Below, piece after piece: positions 17,450-26,843 of a stretch of DNA of 51,797 nucleotides. How positions within the stretch are numbered: the first letter of the stretch is position 1; each line of letters starts with the position of its first letter. Under the pieces are notes generated by a model. The model was not told the DNA's origin, did no database searches, and was given only the letters and a program-made list of their open reading frames with translations. A program made the position numbers and the translations under genes. The DNA lies in NCBI GenBank assembly GCA_964437735.1, contig CAYTID010000005.1:1-51797 (forward strand), read 5' to 3'. Source of the DNA: an uncultured Ignavibacteriaceae bacterium (GTDB lineage Bacteria; Bacteroidota; Ignavibacteria; UBA10030; BY39).

Positions 17450-18137
17450 ATTGCCCTATATACTTATCGATATTAGGATAATATTTCATTATTTCGCCGA
17501 CTAGTATGCTTGGATTCGTTAACTGAAAATAAACATATATCGACCCGATGTAACCTGCGACTAATCCGGTGATTGTTGGGGCAACTCCCAATATCGATGT
17601 CAATTTTATAATGAGTAACAATATTAAAACACCTAAAATGGCAGCGATTAACATGAAAGGAATAAAAACAAAAAAAATCAGTATTAAGTAAAAACTAAAC
17701 GGCATCGCAAAATATGATCCATATCCGTATATTATCGATACGCCTATTAATAATAACGTTGTAGAGCTATAAAAAAAATTATCAAAAAATTTTATCAAAA
17801 AAATATTCGTATAGGAAACAGGTTTCGTGAATAGAAATAATACCTCTCTGGAACGATACATCGTTGAGTACGAAACAATGACATTCCCCAGATTAATTGC
17901 CAGGAAAAATACAAATAAAACCATTGACAAAAACTTGTGGAATAAAAATAATCCGATATGCGCTTCTTCAAGCAGATAATGAAAAGATATTTTAGTAAAA
18001 AAGTAAGCTCCCAGAGCAAATAATCCATATAGCAAAATTGATCCCAAGTATTTTAAAATACTTGTAAAATTCAAATCTACGTCGAACTTCAAGTTCGCAA
18101 TTAATTTGTATTTTAGTATGTGTAATAATTCATTCAA
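17340..18137 (-). CDS. polytopic membrane protein, putative ABC-exporter permease (N-terminal part)
   Basis: 265 aa with 5-6 hydrophobic helices. Starts 1 nt after the ABC ATPase gene. The last ~30 residues (RGRDDWDYRGGFF...) are atypical and overlap a hydrophobic alternative frame. Confidence 0.55.
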   Translation of the reverse strand: MNELLHILKYKLIANLKFDVDLNFTSILKYLGSILLYGLFALGAYFFTKISFHYLLEEAHIGLFLFHKFLSMVLFVFFLAINLGNVIVSYSTMYRSREVLFLFTKPVSYTNIFLIKFFDNFFYSSTTLLLIGVSIIYGYGSYFAMPFSFYLILIFFVFIPFMLIAAILGVLILLLIIKLTSILGVAPTITGLVAGYIGSIYVYFQLTNPSILVGEIMKYYPNIDKYIGQFDPYFFRGRDDWDYRGGFFLYSVIFIGFIRVVLGSH

Positions 18138-18138
18138 T

Positions 18139-18858
18139 TCAGCTTGTCAATTCAAGAAACAATCTTTCAAAATTGCCGCCAAACTTCATTTTTGTATCTG
18201 ACAATTGATTGTGTAATAAATCAAATATGATTTTCCCTTCTTTAATGATAACAATTCTATCACACAATTCTTCCGCCAGTTGCAGTATATGGGTTGACAT
18301 AAAAACCGTCGTTCCGTTTTTACTTTTATCTTTCAAAACCTCTTTGACAAGTCCTGCGCTGCGCGGATCCAATCCAATCATCGGTTCATCGATGATTACT
18401 ACTTTTGGCTGATGAATTAATCCGGTTGCAATAATCAATCTTTGTTTCATCCCTTGTGAAAAATTCTCCGACCTTTTGTCTATCCAGGGCTTTAATTCAA
18501 ACAGATTTATCAATTCACTAATACGAGTTTCAGCTAAAGAACGTTCAATTTTATACAAACCGCTGCAAAAAAACATATATTCCCTACCGGTTAGTTTATC
18601 GTATATAAACGGTTGATCGGGAATATATCCGATACTCATTTTTGCATCGAGGGGATTTTTATTAATATTAATTTTATCTATAAAAATTTCACCTTTGGAA
18701 GGTTCAAACAATCCCGTCATCATTTTGATAGTTGTTGTTTTGCCGGCTCCATTCGGACCTAAAAATCCAAAAAATTGCCCGGCAGGAATCTCGATATTTA
18801 AATCATTAACAGCAATCAACGACCCGTATTTTTTTGTTAGGTTGACTAATGTAATCAT
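18139..18858 (-). CDS. ABC transporter ATP-binding protein
   Basis: Walker A GPNGAGKTT, signature FSQGMKQRL, Walker B VVIIDEP, H-loop STH. Confidence 0.9.
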   Translation of the reverse strand: MITLVNLTKKYGSLIAVNDLNIEIPAGQFFGFLGPNGAGKTTTIKMMTGLFEPSKGEIFIDKININKNPLDAKMSIGYIPDQPFIYDKLTGREYMFFCSGLYKIERSLAETRISELINLFELKPWIDKRSENFSQGMKQRLIIATGLIHQPKVVIIDEPMIGLDPRSAGLVKEVLKDKSKNGTTVFMSTHILQLAEELCDRIVIIKEGKIIFDLLHNQLSDTKMKFGGNFERLFLELTS

Positions 18859-18879
18859 CGATGTAATTTGGTTAACGAT

Positions 18880-19896
18880 TTAAAGAAGTGTTCGATTTAA
18901 TGCTTTGGCAATTAATTTAATTTCCTCTACCAAGCGGAATAACTTTTCCGGTTTCAGGGATTGCTCACCGTCAGATTTTGCAATCTCCGGTTTGGGATGC
19001 ATTTCTACAAGTAAGCCATCAGCACCGGCAGCAATCGATGCCCTTGCCATTGGTAAGATTATATCGTACCGTCCTGTACCATGACTCGGATCGACGATTA
19101 TCGGCAAGTGAGAGAGTTGTTTAATAGTCGGAACAATGTTCAAATCAAGTGTATTCCTTGTATATTCGACAAATGTGCGTATTCCTCGTTCACAAAGAAT
19201 AATTTGATCGTTTCCGCCGGATAGTATATATTCAGCGCTCATCATGAATTCATTTAATGTAGCTGAAAAACTTCTTTTTAGTAAAATCGGCTTTTTAATT
19301 TTTCCCAACGACTTTAATAATTTTGTATTCTGCATGTTCCTGGCACCGACCTGTATTAAATCAGCATAATGTGCAACAAGATCAAGTTCGGAATCATCCA
19401 GGACTTCGGTAACTATTTTTAACCCGGTTTCTTTTTTTGCTTTTGCCAGTATCTTCAAACCGGTTTCGCCAAGCCCCTGGAATGAATACGGACTTGTTCT
19501 GGGTTTATAAGCGCCTCCCCTTATGATTTTGATTCCGGCTTTTTTAACAATTTCTGATGCGGATAATAATTGTTCCTCACTTTCGACTGTACATGGTCCG
19601 GCCATAATAACAACTTCATTTCCACCGACTTTCAGTCCATCAACATCCACTATAGAATCGATGGGGTGATGTTCCCTGCTCACAAGTTTATATGGTTTTA
19701 AGACTGGGATTACTGTTTCAACATTCGGTAATAGACTTAATCTTTCTTTATTAATAAATCTATCGTCACCAATTACGCCGACGATTGTGCGTTCAACTCC
19801 CTTTGAAAGATTGGCTTGCAAACCCATTTCATTTATTTTATCTATAACCCGTTGAATATCTTCTTCGGTCGAGGCTTGTTTCATTACTATTATCAT
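18880..19896 (-). CDS. 3-deoxy-7-phosphoheptulonate (DAHP) synthase, type I-beta with N-terminal regulatory domain
   Basis: 338 aa. About 65-aa ferredoxin-like N-terminal domain, then the DAHPS/KDO8PS core with GPCTVES, GGAYKPRTSPYSFQGLG and DPSHGTG motifs. Confidence 0.85.
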   Translation of the reverse strand: MIIVMKQASTEEDIQRVIDKINEMGLQANLSKGVERTIVGVIGDDRFINKERLSLLPNVETVIPVLKPYKLVSREHHPIDSIVDVDGLKVGGNEVVIMAGPCTVESEEQLLSASEIVKKAGIKIIRGGAYKPRTSPYSFQGLGETGLKILAKAKKETGLKIVTEVLDDSELDLVAHYADLIQVGARNMQNTKLLKSLGKIKKPILLKRSFSATLNEFMMSAEYILSGGNDQIILCERGIRTFVEYTRNTLDLNIVPTIKQLSHLPIIVDPSHGTGRYDIILPMARASIAAGADGLLVEMHPKPEIAKSDGEQSLKPEKLFRLVEEIKLIAKALNRTLL

Positions 19897-20027
19897 TTCT
19901 GTCGCTAACTCTGATTGATCCTTTGGATAAGTATAATAAGAGATTTAGATAAAAACAAATTCATTCAAACGTAGATGTATTGCGAATTTTTTTAAGTTTG
20001 TTTATCTTACGATAAAGAAAAATAGAC

Positions 20028-20744
20028 TTGACAGACAATCCCGATAAAAAATATAAATCTTCGCAAGTAGCAGAATTATTCGATTCAATTGCTTATACCT
20101 ATGATTTTCTCAATCATTTTCTTAGCGGAGGTATTGATTTTTACTGGCGTAGAAAAGCGCTTGAATTAATCGGAAACCCTCCTCCGAAAATTGTACTCGA
20201 TGTTGCTTGCGGAACCGGTGATTTTGCAATCGCTGCAGCAAAATCAGGTTCTGAAGAAATTTCCGGAATTGACATCGCAGAAAAAATGCTTATACTGGGT
20301 AGAAGTAAAGTTGAACAAAAAAAGCTTGCAGGTAAAATAAACCTCGTTCTCGGACATGCGGAATCAATTCAATTTTCCGATGATCATTTCGATGCTGCAA
20401 TTTCTGCTTTCGGTGTGAGAAATTTCGAAAACTTAAATACCGGACTAAGCGAAATGCGTAGAGTGCTCAAGAAGGATGCGAAAATTTGTATTTTGGAATT
20501 TTCAAAACCTAAAATGTTTCCACTCAAACAATTATATTTTGCTTACTTCAGATTAATTTTACCTATTGTAGGAAAAATAATATCTAAAAATAAAATTGCG
20601 TATTCTTATCTCCCCGATACAGTAATGAAATTTCCCGAAGGAAAAGATTTTTTAAATATTTTAGAACGAATCGGTTTTAAACAAACAAAACAATATAGAT
20701 TGACCTTCGGAATAGCAACAGTCTATATAGGAATTAAAAGTTGA
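20028..20744 (+). CDS. ubiE: demethylmenaquinone / ubiquinone C-methyltransferase (UbiE/MenG/MqnG-type)
   Basis: FDSIAYTYDFLNHFLSGGIDFYWRR plus SAM motif VLDVACGTGD. TTG start in the track. Confidence 0.85.
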   Translation: MTDNPDKKYKSSQVAELFDSIAYTYDFLNHFLSGGIDFYWRRKALELIGNPPPKIVLDVACGTGDFAIAAAKSGSEEISGIDIAEKMLILGRSKVEQKKLAGKINLVLGHAESIQFSDDHFDAAISAFGVRNFENLNTGLSEMRRVLKKDAKICILEFSKPKMFPLKQLYFAYFRLILPIVGKIISKNKIAYSYLPDTVMKFPEGKDFLNILERIGFKQTKQYRLTFGIATVYIGIKS

Positions 20745-20800
20745 ATTATGAATCAATAATTACGAAGAACGAATAACCAATAACAAATCACGAATGACCA

Positions 20801-21643
20801 ATGACAAATACTGAACGAATAATCAAAGTAGGACACAGTCCCGACCCTGACGATGCATTTATGTTTTATGGACTTTCTTCAGGAAAAATAAAATTAGAAG
20901 GAATCGTTATTGAGCATATGCTTGAGGACATACAAACTCTTAACGAACGCGCATTGCGCGGTGAACTCGAAGTTACTGCGATATCAGCTCACGCATTTCC
21001 ATATGTCGCGGACAAATACTGGATCATGCGAACAGGTGCGAGTATGGGCGAAGGGTATGGTCCGGTGATTATTTCAAAAAAATATAAAACACTCGATGAA
21101 CTTAAAGGAAAGAAAGTTGCAACTCCCGGCAAACTTACAACGGCAACGCTTCTTTTCAAATTATTTACTAACGAAATTGAAAACATCGACATTCCTTTTG
21201 ATCAAATCATGGAGAAAGTTTCAAACGGTGAATTTGATGCCGGCTTGATAATTCATGAAGGACAAATAACATATCAAGACGAAGGTTTTAACAAGATTTT
21301 AGATTTCGGAGAATTTTGGGACAAATTTTCAAACGGCTTGCCGCTGCCACTCGGACTTGATGTTGTTCGTAAAGATTTAGGCGAAGAGCTTGCCCGAAAA
21401 CTTTCGCATGGATTGAAAGAAAGCATTCGCTACGGCTACACTCATCAGAACGAAGCAATCCCTTACGCTCTCGAATACGGACGAGGTTTGAATTATCAGC
21501 TAGGAGAAATATTTGTAAAAATGTATGTCAGTGAGTTGACAATTGATATGGGGGAAAAGGGCATGAAGGCACTGGAACTTCTGTTCTCGCTTGCGCATTC
21601 AAAAATGTTAATTCCCCATATACAAGATGTTAAAATAATTTAA
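20801..21643 (+). CDS. mqnD: MqnA/MqnD-family protein, probable 1,4-dihydroxy-6-naphthoate synthase (MqnD)
   Basis: VGHSPDPDDAFMFYGL and LEDIQTLNERALRGELEVTAISAHAF resemble the MqnD pattern (SPCPND...DIETLN...DVTKVSFHA) as I remember it. Context is the menaquinone genes. Confidence 0.6.
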   Translation: MTNTERIIKVGHSPDPDDAFMFYGLSSGKIKLEGIVIEHMLEDIQTLNERALRGELEVTAISAHAFPYVADKYWIMRTGASMGEGYGPVIISKKYKTLDELKGKKVATPGKLTTATLLFKLFTNEIENIDIPFDQIMEKVSNGEFDAGLIIHEGQITYQDEGFNKILDFGEFWDKFSNGLPLPLGLDVVRKDLGEELARKLSHGLKESIRYGYTHQNEAIPYALEYGRGLNYQLGEIFVKMYVSELTIDMGEKGMKALELLFSLAHSKMLIPHIQDVKII

Positions 21644-21670
21644 TCGCAGAAGTTACAATCGGAATTGATT

Positions 21671-21705
21671 GGATGGAAAACGAATTGGCAAATCATTTTC
21701 CATCC
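21671..21705. terminator. hairpin between the convergent mqnD-like and rubrerythrin genes (possible bidirectional terminator)
   Basis: GGATGGAAAA-(15 nt)-TTTTCCATCC is a perfect 10-bp stem. There is no clear U-tract on either side, hence the low confidence. Confidence 0.4.
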
Positions 21706-21720
21706 ACAAAAATAATCTAA

Positions 21721-22224
21721 TTAAAACTTCTCATATTTTTCTTTAACAACTCCACACACCGGACATTTATCTGGGGCTTCCCCGATAACAGTGTGCCCGC
21801 AAACCGGACAGACATATACATTAGCGGCAGAAATATCTTTTCCTTGTAATACAAGCTCCTTCGCTTTTAGGTACATTGCTTCGTGAATCTTTTCTGCTTC
21901 AATTGCATAATGAAACGATTTCAGCGCCCCTTTTTCATCTTGCATTTTTGCTACGGCATCGAATGCAGGATACATTTCTGAGACCTCGTAATTCTCGCCG
22001 CTCGTCGCATCAGTTAAATTTACGGCTGTGCTATTAATTTTTTCTAATAACCGCAAATGGTTCGTAGCGTGAACTTTTTCAGCATAAGCAATTGCCTTAA
22101 ATAATTTTGCAATTTGAGGAAAACCTTCTCTCTCTGCTTTTTCAGAATAGATTGTATACTTCATGTGTGCTTGACTTTCTCCGGCAAACGCCGCTTCGAG
22201 ATTTGTTTTTGTAGTATGTTTCAT
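21721..22224 (-). CDS. rbr: rubrerythrin
   Basis: Ferritin-like di-iron domain (E..H motifs: ESQAHMKY, AEKVHA, IEAEKIHEAMY). C-terminal rubredoxin-like CPVCG...CPVCG. Confidence 0.9.
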   Translation of the reverse strand: MKHTTKTNLEAAFAGESQAHMKYTIYSEKAEREGFPQIAKLFKAIAYAEKVHATNHLRLLEKINSTAVNLTDATSGENYEVSEMYPAFDAVAKMQDEKGALKSFHYAIEAEKIHEAMYLKAKELVLQGKDISAANVYVCPVCGHTVIGEAPDKCPVCGVVKEKYEKF

Positions 22225-22260
22225 GTTTTTATCCTTTTTATTTATTTATAATTTATGAAT

Positions 22261-22800
22261 TTATTTTCTGTCGAAAAACGGACTCTTCTGACTTACACTT
22301 AACGGAATTCCGAATGCAATTTTAACGTCATCACCTAACAATTTCATATCTACAACAGCTTTTCCAACTGAATACATAACCCGATTGTCAATTCGATGAT
22401 TTGCTGCGATACTCACAGCCGATCCGATTGCAATTCCCAAATCATTTAAGTTGAAAATGCAAGGAACATCCGGCTGTTTTTCTTTTGCCTCGCAATTTGC
22501 AAATCCGCACCAGGTACAAGGTTGAACGTTTATACTTTTGATCCGTGTACCGATTAAAAATAAATAAACTGCATCGAGAATATTCCCCGCATCGCGTTGG
22601 AAAAACGAAAAAAATTCTTGACGACTAGCTATCTCTTTCATTGTATCGGATATTTTTTTGATTTCACTTTTATCGGCAATGGCAATTACCAAATTATCGA
22701 TGCCTCTTGCTTTAGGAGCGGTTCTCGCTGCAGCCGCCATTTGTTTTGCAACGTTTGAGACAATTTCTGTTTTTATTTCTTCTTCAAAAATTAGTGGCAT
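22261..22800 (-). CDS. DUF2148-type ferredoxin-domain protein
   Basis: 179 aa. AARTAPKARGIDNL..., a central Cys cluster (CTWCGFANC...PC), and the DLGIAIGSAV region typical of DUF2148 as I recall it. Confidence 0.65.
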   Translation of the reverse strand: MPLIFEEEIKTEIVSNVAKQMAAAARTAPKARGIDNLVIAIADKSEIKKISDTMKEIASRQEFFSFFQRDAGNILDAVYLFLIGTRIKSINVQPCTWCGFANCEAKEKQPDVPCIFNLNDLGIAIGSAVSIAANHRIDNRVMYSVGKAVVDMKLLGDDVKIAFGIPLSVSQKSPFFDRK

Positions 22801-22928
22801 ATTTAAGTCCTGTTTGTTTTGTTGGAAAATTAATAAAGTAAAATGAGATTAACAATTCATAAATTCATAACTTTACGAAACAACACCAGTGTATAACATC
22901 AATTCTGTGACCTTTCGTGCCTGCAATC

Positions 22929-23747
22929 CTAAAAGGAATGAGATGTTTCGGCATGCAAGCGTGTTTTATATTTTATTTTAATTTTATCCGTTACACTAAA
23001 TTGATTATATATTTTATTATTTATTTTTTTCACCATTACTACTCCAGCCAGCGAGTTAGTTAAAAATATTTCATCACAATCGGCTAACTCCGACACATCT
23101 AAAATATTTTCTGTAATACTAATCTTTAATTCATGACAAATTTCAAAAATTCCTTTTCGCGTTATTCCCGGTAATACCCCGCAAGAAAGCGATGGTGTAA
23201 AAACAGATTTATCCTTAACTAAGAAAATATTCGTCCGTGTCCCTTCCAGAATATGTCCCTCATCATCCACAAATATTGCCTCATCAAAACCGAGAGATTT
23301 TGCTTTTTCAAATACTGTATTGTTTAATCTATAATTAATCAATTTATGCAAACGATTCTTCTCACTGTGTTTAAGACGCTCTACACAAATCATTATTGAA
23401 GCCGGGCTAGGTATTGTCGGTTTATACTCAGATACCTCTATTAAGATATTTTGTTTTCCACTCTCAGGAACTATATAAAGTGATATTTTGAGTTTTGCAG
23501 AAGACAATTTATTTTCTTCCAACAACTTTTTCACTATCCCGTGAATTTCTTTATGATCGACTTTTTCCATAATGAAATAGTCTAACGATTTATTCATCCT
23601 CTCTAAATGCTCAGATAGCTGAAAAGGAATTCCGTCATAAACTCTTAAAGTTTCAAATACACCGTTATAATTATATAAATTATCCGATACTCCCGGCTGT
23701 CGGAGTTTTTCTTTTTCGATAAATTTCCCGTCAAAATGTATTATCAT
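22929..23747 (-). CDS. pabC: class-IV aminotransferase-fold protein, probable aminodeoxychorismate lyase
   Basis: 272 aa. GVFETLRVYDG, EGTRTNIFLV, GVLPGITR and FLTNSLAGV motifs of the PabC/IlvE fold. ATGA overlap with pabB. Confidence 0.65.
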   Translation of the reverse strand: MIIHFDGKFIEKEKLRQPGVSDNLYNYNGVFETLRVYDGIPFQLSEHLERMNKSLDYFIMEKVDHKEIHGIVKKLLEENKLSSAKLKISLYIVPESGKQNILIEVSEYKPTIPSPASIMICVERLKHSEKNRLHKLINYRLNNTVFEKAKSLGFDEAIFVDDEGHILEGTRTNIFLVKDKSVFTPSLSCGVLPGITRKGIFEICHELKISITENILDVSELADCDEIFLTNSLAGVVMVKKINNKIYNQFSVTDKIKIKYKTRLHAETSHSF

Positions 23748-25111
23748 TCAATCTCCGCATTAAGTGCGCGAAACATCGCAGCCGCTTTATGCAATGTTTC
23801 CTGATATTCTTTTTCAGGATCACTGTCGGAAACAATTCCGCCACCAACACCTATTGTTACTTTTCCGTTTTCCCACGTCATAGTCCGTATTGCGATATTA
23901 AATTTCGATACTTCATTAAATCCAAAATAACCGATCGATCCTGTATAAATTCCCCGTTTATTCGGCTCAAGCTCATTTATGATTTGCATAGCACGAATTT
24001 TGGGAGCTCCTGTGATAGATCCTCCTGGAAACATTGACCAAAGCAACTCTTTTAACGACTTATCCTGTTTTAATCTACCGACAATACGTGATACAAGATG
24101 ATGTACACTTGCATAAGATTCTATCATTTTCAAAGTCGGAACTTTCACCGTTCCGACTTTACACACACGATTCAAGTCGTTGCGCTCTAAATCAACAATC
24201 ATTACGAGCTCAGCCGCATCTTTTTCACTTTCCAGAAGTACTTGCTTTAATTTTTCATCTTCTTCATTTATAGCTCCCCTTTTTATCGTTCCCTTGATTG
24301 GGCGTGTTTCCACAAAATCTTTTCTGATATCAAGAAATAATTCAGGTGAAGAACTTAATACCCATTCATTATCACCTATACACATTAAAGCAGAAAAAGG
24401 AGCCGGATTATTCTCTCTCAAACTTGAGTATATTGCTAAATGTGAATCAGACGTTGTCCCGCTAAACTGTTGCGTCACATTTACCTGATAAATATCCCCC
24501 GCTGCAATATATTCTTTTGCACGGTCAACAGTATTTAAATATTCATCGTGAGAAAAATTCGAATTTAATTTAATTTTAGTTGCTGAAAAGTCGAGACCTA
24601 CTTTTTCCCTTTTTACAGAGTTAAAAATTTTTTCTGCAATTTTCGCAAGATTTCCTTTTCCTGCAAGTGACCATTGTTTCGTGTAATGGTCATAAGTTAA
24701 TCCCCAAGTGTAAATACCAAAGAACAAATCGGGGAGATGTGTGGAATTGGGTTTTGTCAAACCAACATTTTCGAATGAACATCCGTAATCATAACTAAAA
24801 TATCCGACCAATCCTCCGGAAAAATTATCACTCTCATCATTTACCTTTTCGGCATTTAAAATATTTTGAATATACTCAAGAGGTTCAATTTGGATAGAAT
24901 TTGAAACTCCGTCACGGATCTCAGAAAATATACCATCTTTCAACGATAATATTGCAGCCGGATCAGTAACGATAATTGATTTCCGCCCAAGTTCAGGATG
25001 CTGCATTGTGCTCTCTAATAAAATCGAACCGGATCCGATTTGAAAAGTTTGAAATAATTCGAAAGGAGTTAAATCTATATCTAGACGGATGGATTTATAT
25101 GAAGTGTCCAT
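23744..25111 (-). CDS. pabB: aminodeoxychorismate synthase component I
   Basis: GDIYQVNVTQQF, SSSPELFL, TRPIKGT (the Lys is typical of PabB, not TrpE), MIVDLERNDL, GGSITGAPKIRAMQII, RGIYTGSIGY. Confidence 0.8.
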   Translation of the reverse strand: MDTSYKSIRLDIDLTPFELFQTFQIGSGSILLESTMQHPELGRKSIIVTDPAAILSLKDGIFSEIRDGVSNSIQIEPLEYIQNILNAEKVNDESDNFSGGLVGYFSYDYGCSFENVGLTKPNSTHLPDLFFGIYTWGLTYDHYTKQWSLAGKGNLAKIAEKIFNSVKREKVGLDFSATKIKLNSNFSHDEYLNTVDRAKEYIAAGDIYQVNVTQQFSGTTSDSHLAIYSSLRENNPAPFSALMCIGDNEWVLSSSPELFLDIRKDFVETRPIKGTIKRGAINEEDEKLKQVLLESEKDAAELVMIVDLERNDLNRVCKVGTVKVPTLKMIESYASVHHLVSRIVGRLKQDKSLKELLWSMFPGGSITGAPKIRAMQIINELEPNKRGIYTGSIGYFGFNEVSKFNIAIRTMTWENGKVTIGVGGGIVSDSDPEKEYQETLHKAAAMFRALNAEIE

Positions 25112-25120
25112 GAATTTCTT

Positions 25121-26212
25121 TTATGGGACTTGTGTGTTATCACATACTCTGATAACATCGTACAAAGTATTCCGTTGAACGGGAGTAAATCCTGCTTGAC
25201 GAATTAATTCAATGACCTCATCCTCATTTGTTTTGTTGACAAAATTTGCGGCAGCGTGAACGTTTTCTTCAAACAATGTTCCACCAAAATCATCCGCACC
25301 GAAGTGAAGCGCAATCTGTCCGATTTTCTTCCCTTCCGAAAACCAGGAAGCCTGTATATGATCAAAATTATCCAAAAATATTCTGGAAATTGCCAATATC
25401 TGCAGATATCTTATAGGTGATGCAAAATGCGGGATAATTTTTTCGAGCGGAGTATTTCCCGGCTTGAACGACCAGGGAATAAATGCCGTGAAGCCGCCTG
25501 TGTCGTCTTGTAATGAGCGAATTCTGTCTAAGTGTTCGATAATCTCTTCATCTTTTTCGATATGTCCGTACATCATTGTTGCCGTTGTGCGATAACCTAT
25601 TTGATGTGCCTGCCGCATTACGTCGAGCCACAGGTCGACCGATTCTTTATTATTGGAAATTTTCTTCCGGACTCTGTCGGATAAAATTTCCGCTCCGCCA
25701 CCGGGGATTGTCCGCAATCCCGCATCCCATAATTTATTCAGAACATCGTTTGTCGATAATCCGGAAACTTTCGACATTACAATAATCTCAGACACGGAAA
25801 AAAAATGCGGATGAATTTCCGGAACTTCTTCACGCGTACGTTTTACCAATTCTAGATAATAATCAAACGATAATTTCGGATTAACGCCACCCTGTAATAA
25901 TACAGTAGTCACTCCCCTTGCCGCCGATTCTTTAAACATTTTTATCAAATGATCAACCGATAAAGTGTACTCTCCTTTTTCTCCGGGGCGACGGTAGAAC
26001 GCACAAAAAATACAATCCACTGTACATATATTTGTATAGTTAGGATTTGTATCAATCACAAAAGTCACGTATGGATTTGGATTCCTTTTGTATCTGACTG
26101 ATGAAGCTAAGTCGCCAAGTTCAAGAAGTGGGGCTTTCCGTAAAAGTTCCAAACCCGCTGAAGCATTAATACGTTCATTGTTATGTATTTTATTGTATAT
26201 TTTTTCCAGCAT
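25121..26212 (-). CDS. mqnC: radical-SAM menaquinone (futalosine pathway) enzyme of the MqnC/MqnE family, probably MqnC
   Basis: NYTNICTVDCIFCAFYR (CxxxCxxC), GGGAEIL, the ATMMYGH block, GADDFGGTLFEENV. Family assignment is confident. MqnC versus MqnE is inferred because the paralogue at 26855 is fused to MqnA. Confidence 0.65.
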   Translation of the reverse strand: MLEKIYNKIHNNERINASAGLELLRKAPLLELGDLASSVRYKRNPNPYVTFVIDTNPNYTNICTVDCIFCAFYRRPGEKGEYTLSVDHLIKMFKESAARGVTTVLLQGGVNPKLSFDYYLELVKRTREEVPEIHPHFFSVSEIIVMSKVSGLSTNDVLNKLWDAGLRTIPGGGAEILSDRVRKKISNNKESVDLWLDVMRQAHQIGYRTTATMMYGHIEKDEEIIEHLDRIRSLQDDTGGFTAFIPWSFKPGNTPLEKIIPHFASPIRYLQILAISRIFLDNFDHIQASWFSEGKKIGQIALHFGADDFGGTLFEENVHAAANFVNKTNEDEVIELIRQAGFTPVQRNTLYDVIRVCDNTQVP

Positions 26213-26238
26213 ATAATTTTCTTATTTAACTAACTTAA

Positions 26239-26843
26239 CACCTGACTTTAGTCAGGTGGTTATAACAACTTTCCATTACTCTGATAAACCGTTTTAACGG
26301 TTTTAACCAATTTAATTATTCTTGAATAAATTTTAAACCATAAGTTTTTATAAAATATTCATATTCTTCATTAAACATTTTTCGTTTGTGATGTTCATCC
26401 TGGTTCTCAATATATTTGATTAAATTTGGTACATCTGATTCTGAGACGGAAAAAGCTCCATATCCTCTTCCCCAGGAAAATTTAGTAGCAATCAAATCAT
26501 TTTCATTGATCCAATGAGAAGAACTTCCTTTTAGCAGATGCATAACTTCTTCGATAGAATACTTTGTAGGTAAATCAATTAAAGTGTGTACGTGATCATT
26601 ATTTACGTGGTTTATTTTCATAAAAATAGTTTTAGTTTTTGAATACTCATAAAGATATTGCGACAGCTTGTTTCGCGCATTTTCATTATTCAATAATTTT
26701 TCTCTATTTAGTGTTGCCCAAACTAAATGCAACCAGCATCTGGAATAAGAGTGTAAAGACATAATGCCTCCTTGATTATTATAAACTGTTAAAACAGTGA
26801 GTTTAGACTAATATCCTTATATCCACCTCAATGAATCGAGGTG
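26239..26843 (-). mobile_element. IS200/IS605-like or REP-associated (RAYT-like) Y1-transposase unit with flanking hairpins
   Basis: The single Y1 transposase gene is bracketed by CACCT...AGGTG hairpins: 26239-26258 CACCTGAC-ttta-GTCAGGTG, and 26824-43 CACCTC-aatgaatc-GAGGTG. Two further small palindromes sit at 26286-26303 and 26786-26799. Confidence 0.5.
26316..26762 (-). CDS. IS200-like Y1 (HUH) transposase / REP-associated tyrosine transposase-like protein
   Basis: 148 aa. WLHLVWATLNREKLL (start of the Y1_Tnp fold), HUH motif DHVHTLI, and a C-terminal catalytic-Tyr region IKYIENQDEHH. Confidence 0.8.
   Translation of the reverse strand: MSLHSYSRCWLHLVWATLNREKLLNNENARNKLSQYLYEYSKTKTIFMKINHVNNDHVHTLIDLPTKYSIEEVMHLLKGSSSHWINENDLIATKFSWGRGYGAFSVSESDVPNLIKYIENQDEHHKRKMFNEEYEYFIKTYGLKFIQE

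Noticed and set aside
17795-18028. Same-strand alternative-frame ORFs inside larger genes: 17795-18028, 40220-40501, 41867-42079, 43714-43902 and 46260-46457.
   Set aside because: They are embedded in well-supported CDSs in another frame (46260-46457 is antisense), with no RBS or motif support.
19947-20007. Inverted repeat AGATAAAAACAAA ... TTTGTTTATCT in the divergent DAHP synthase / ubiE promoter region.
   Set aside because: It is imperfect, A/T-only, and has a spacer of about 40 nt. It cannot be distinguished from chance without comparative data.
23744-25111. Possibility that the PabB-like gene is an isochorismate synthase (MenF) or anthranilate synthase, given the menaquinone context.
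   Set aside because: The PIKGT lysine motif and the coupled class-IV-fold lyase gene fit aminodeoxychorismate synthase/lyase. The futalosine route does not need isochorismate.
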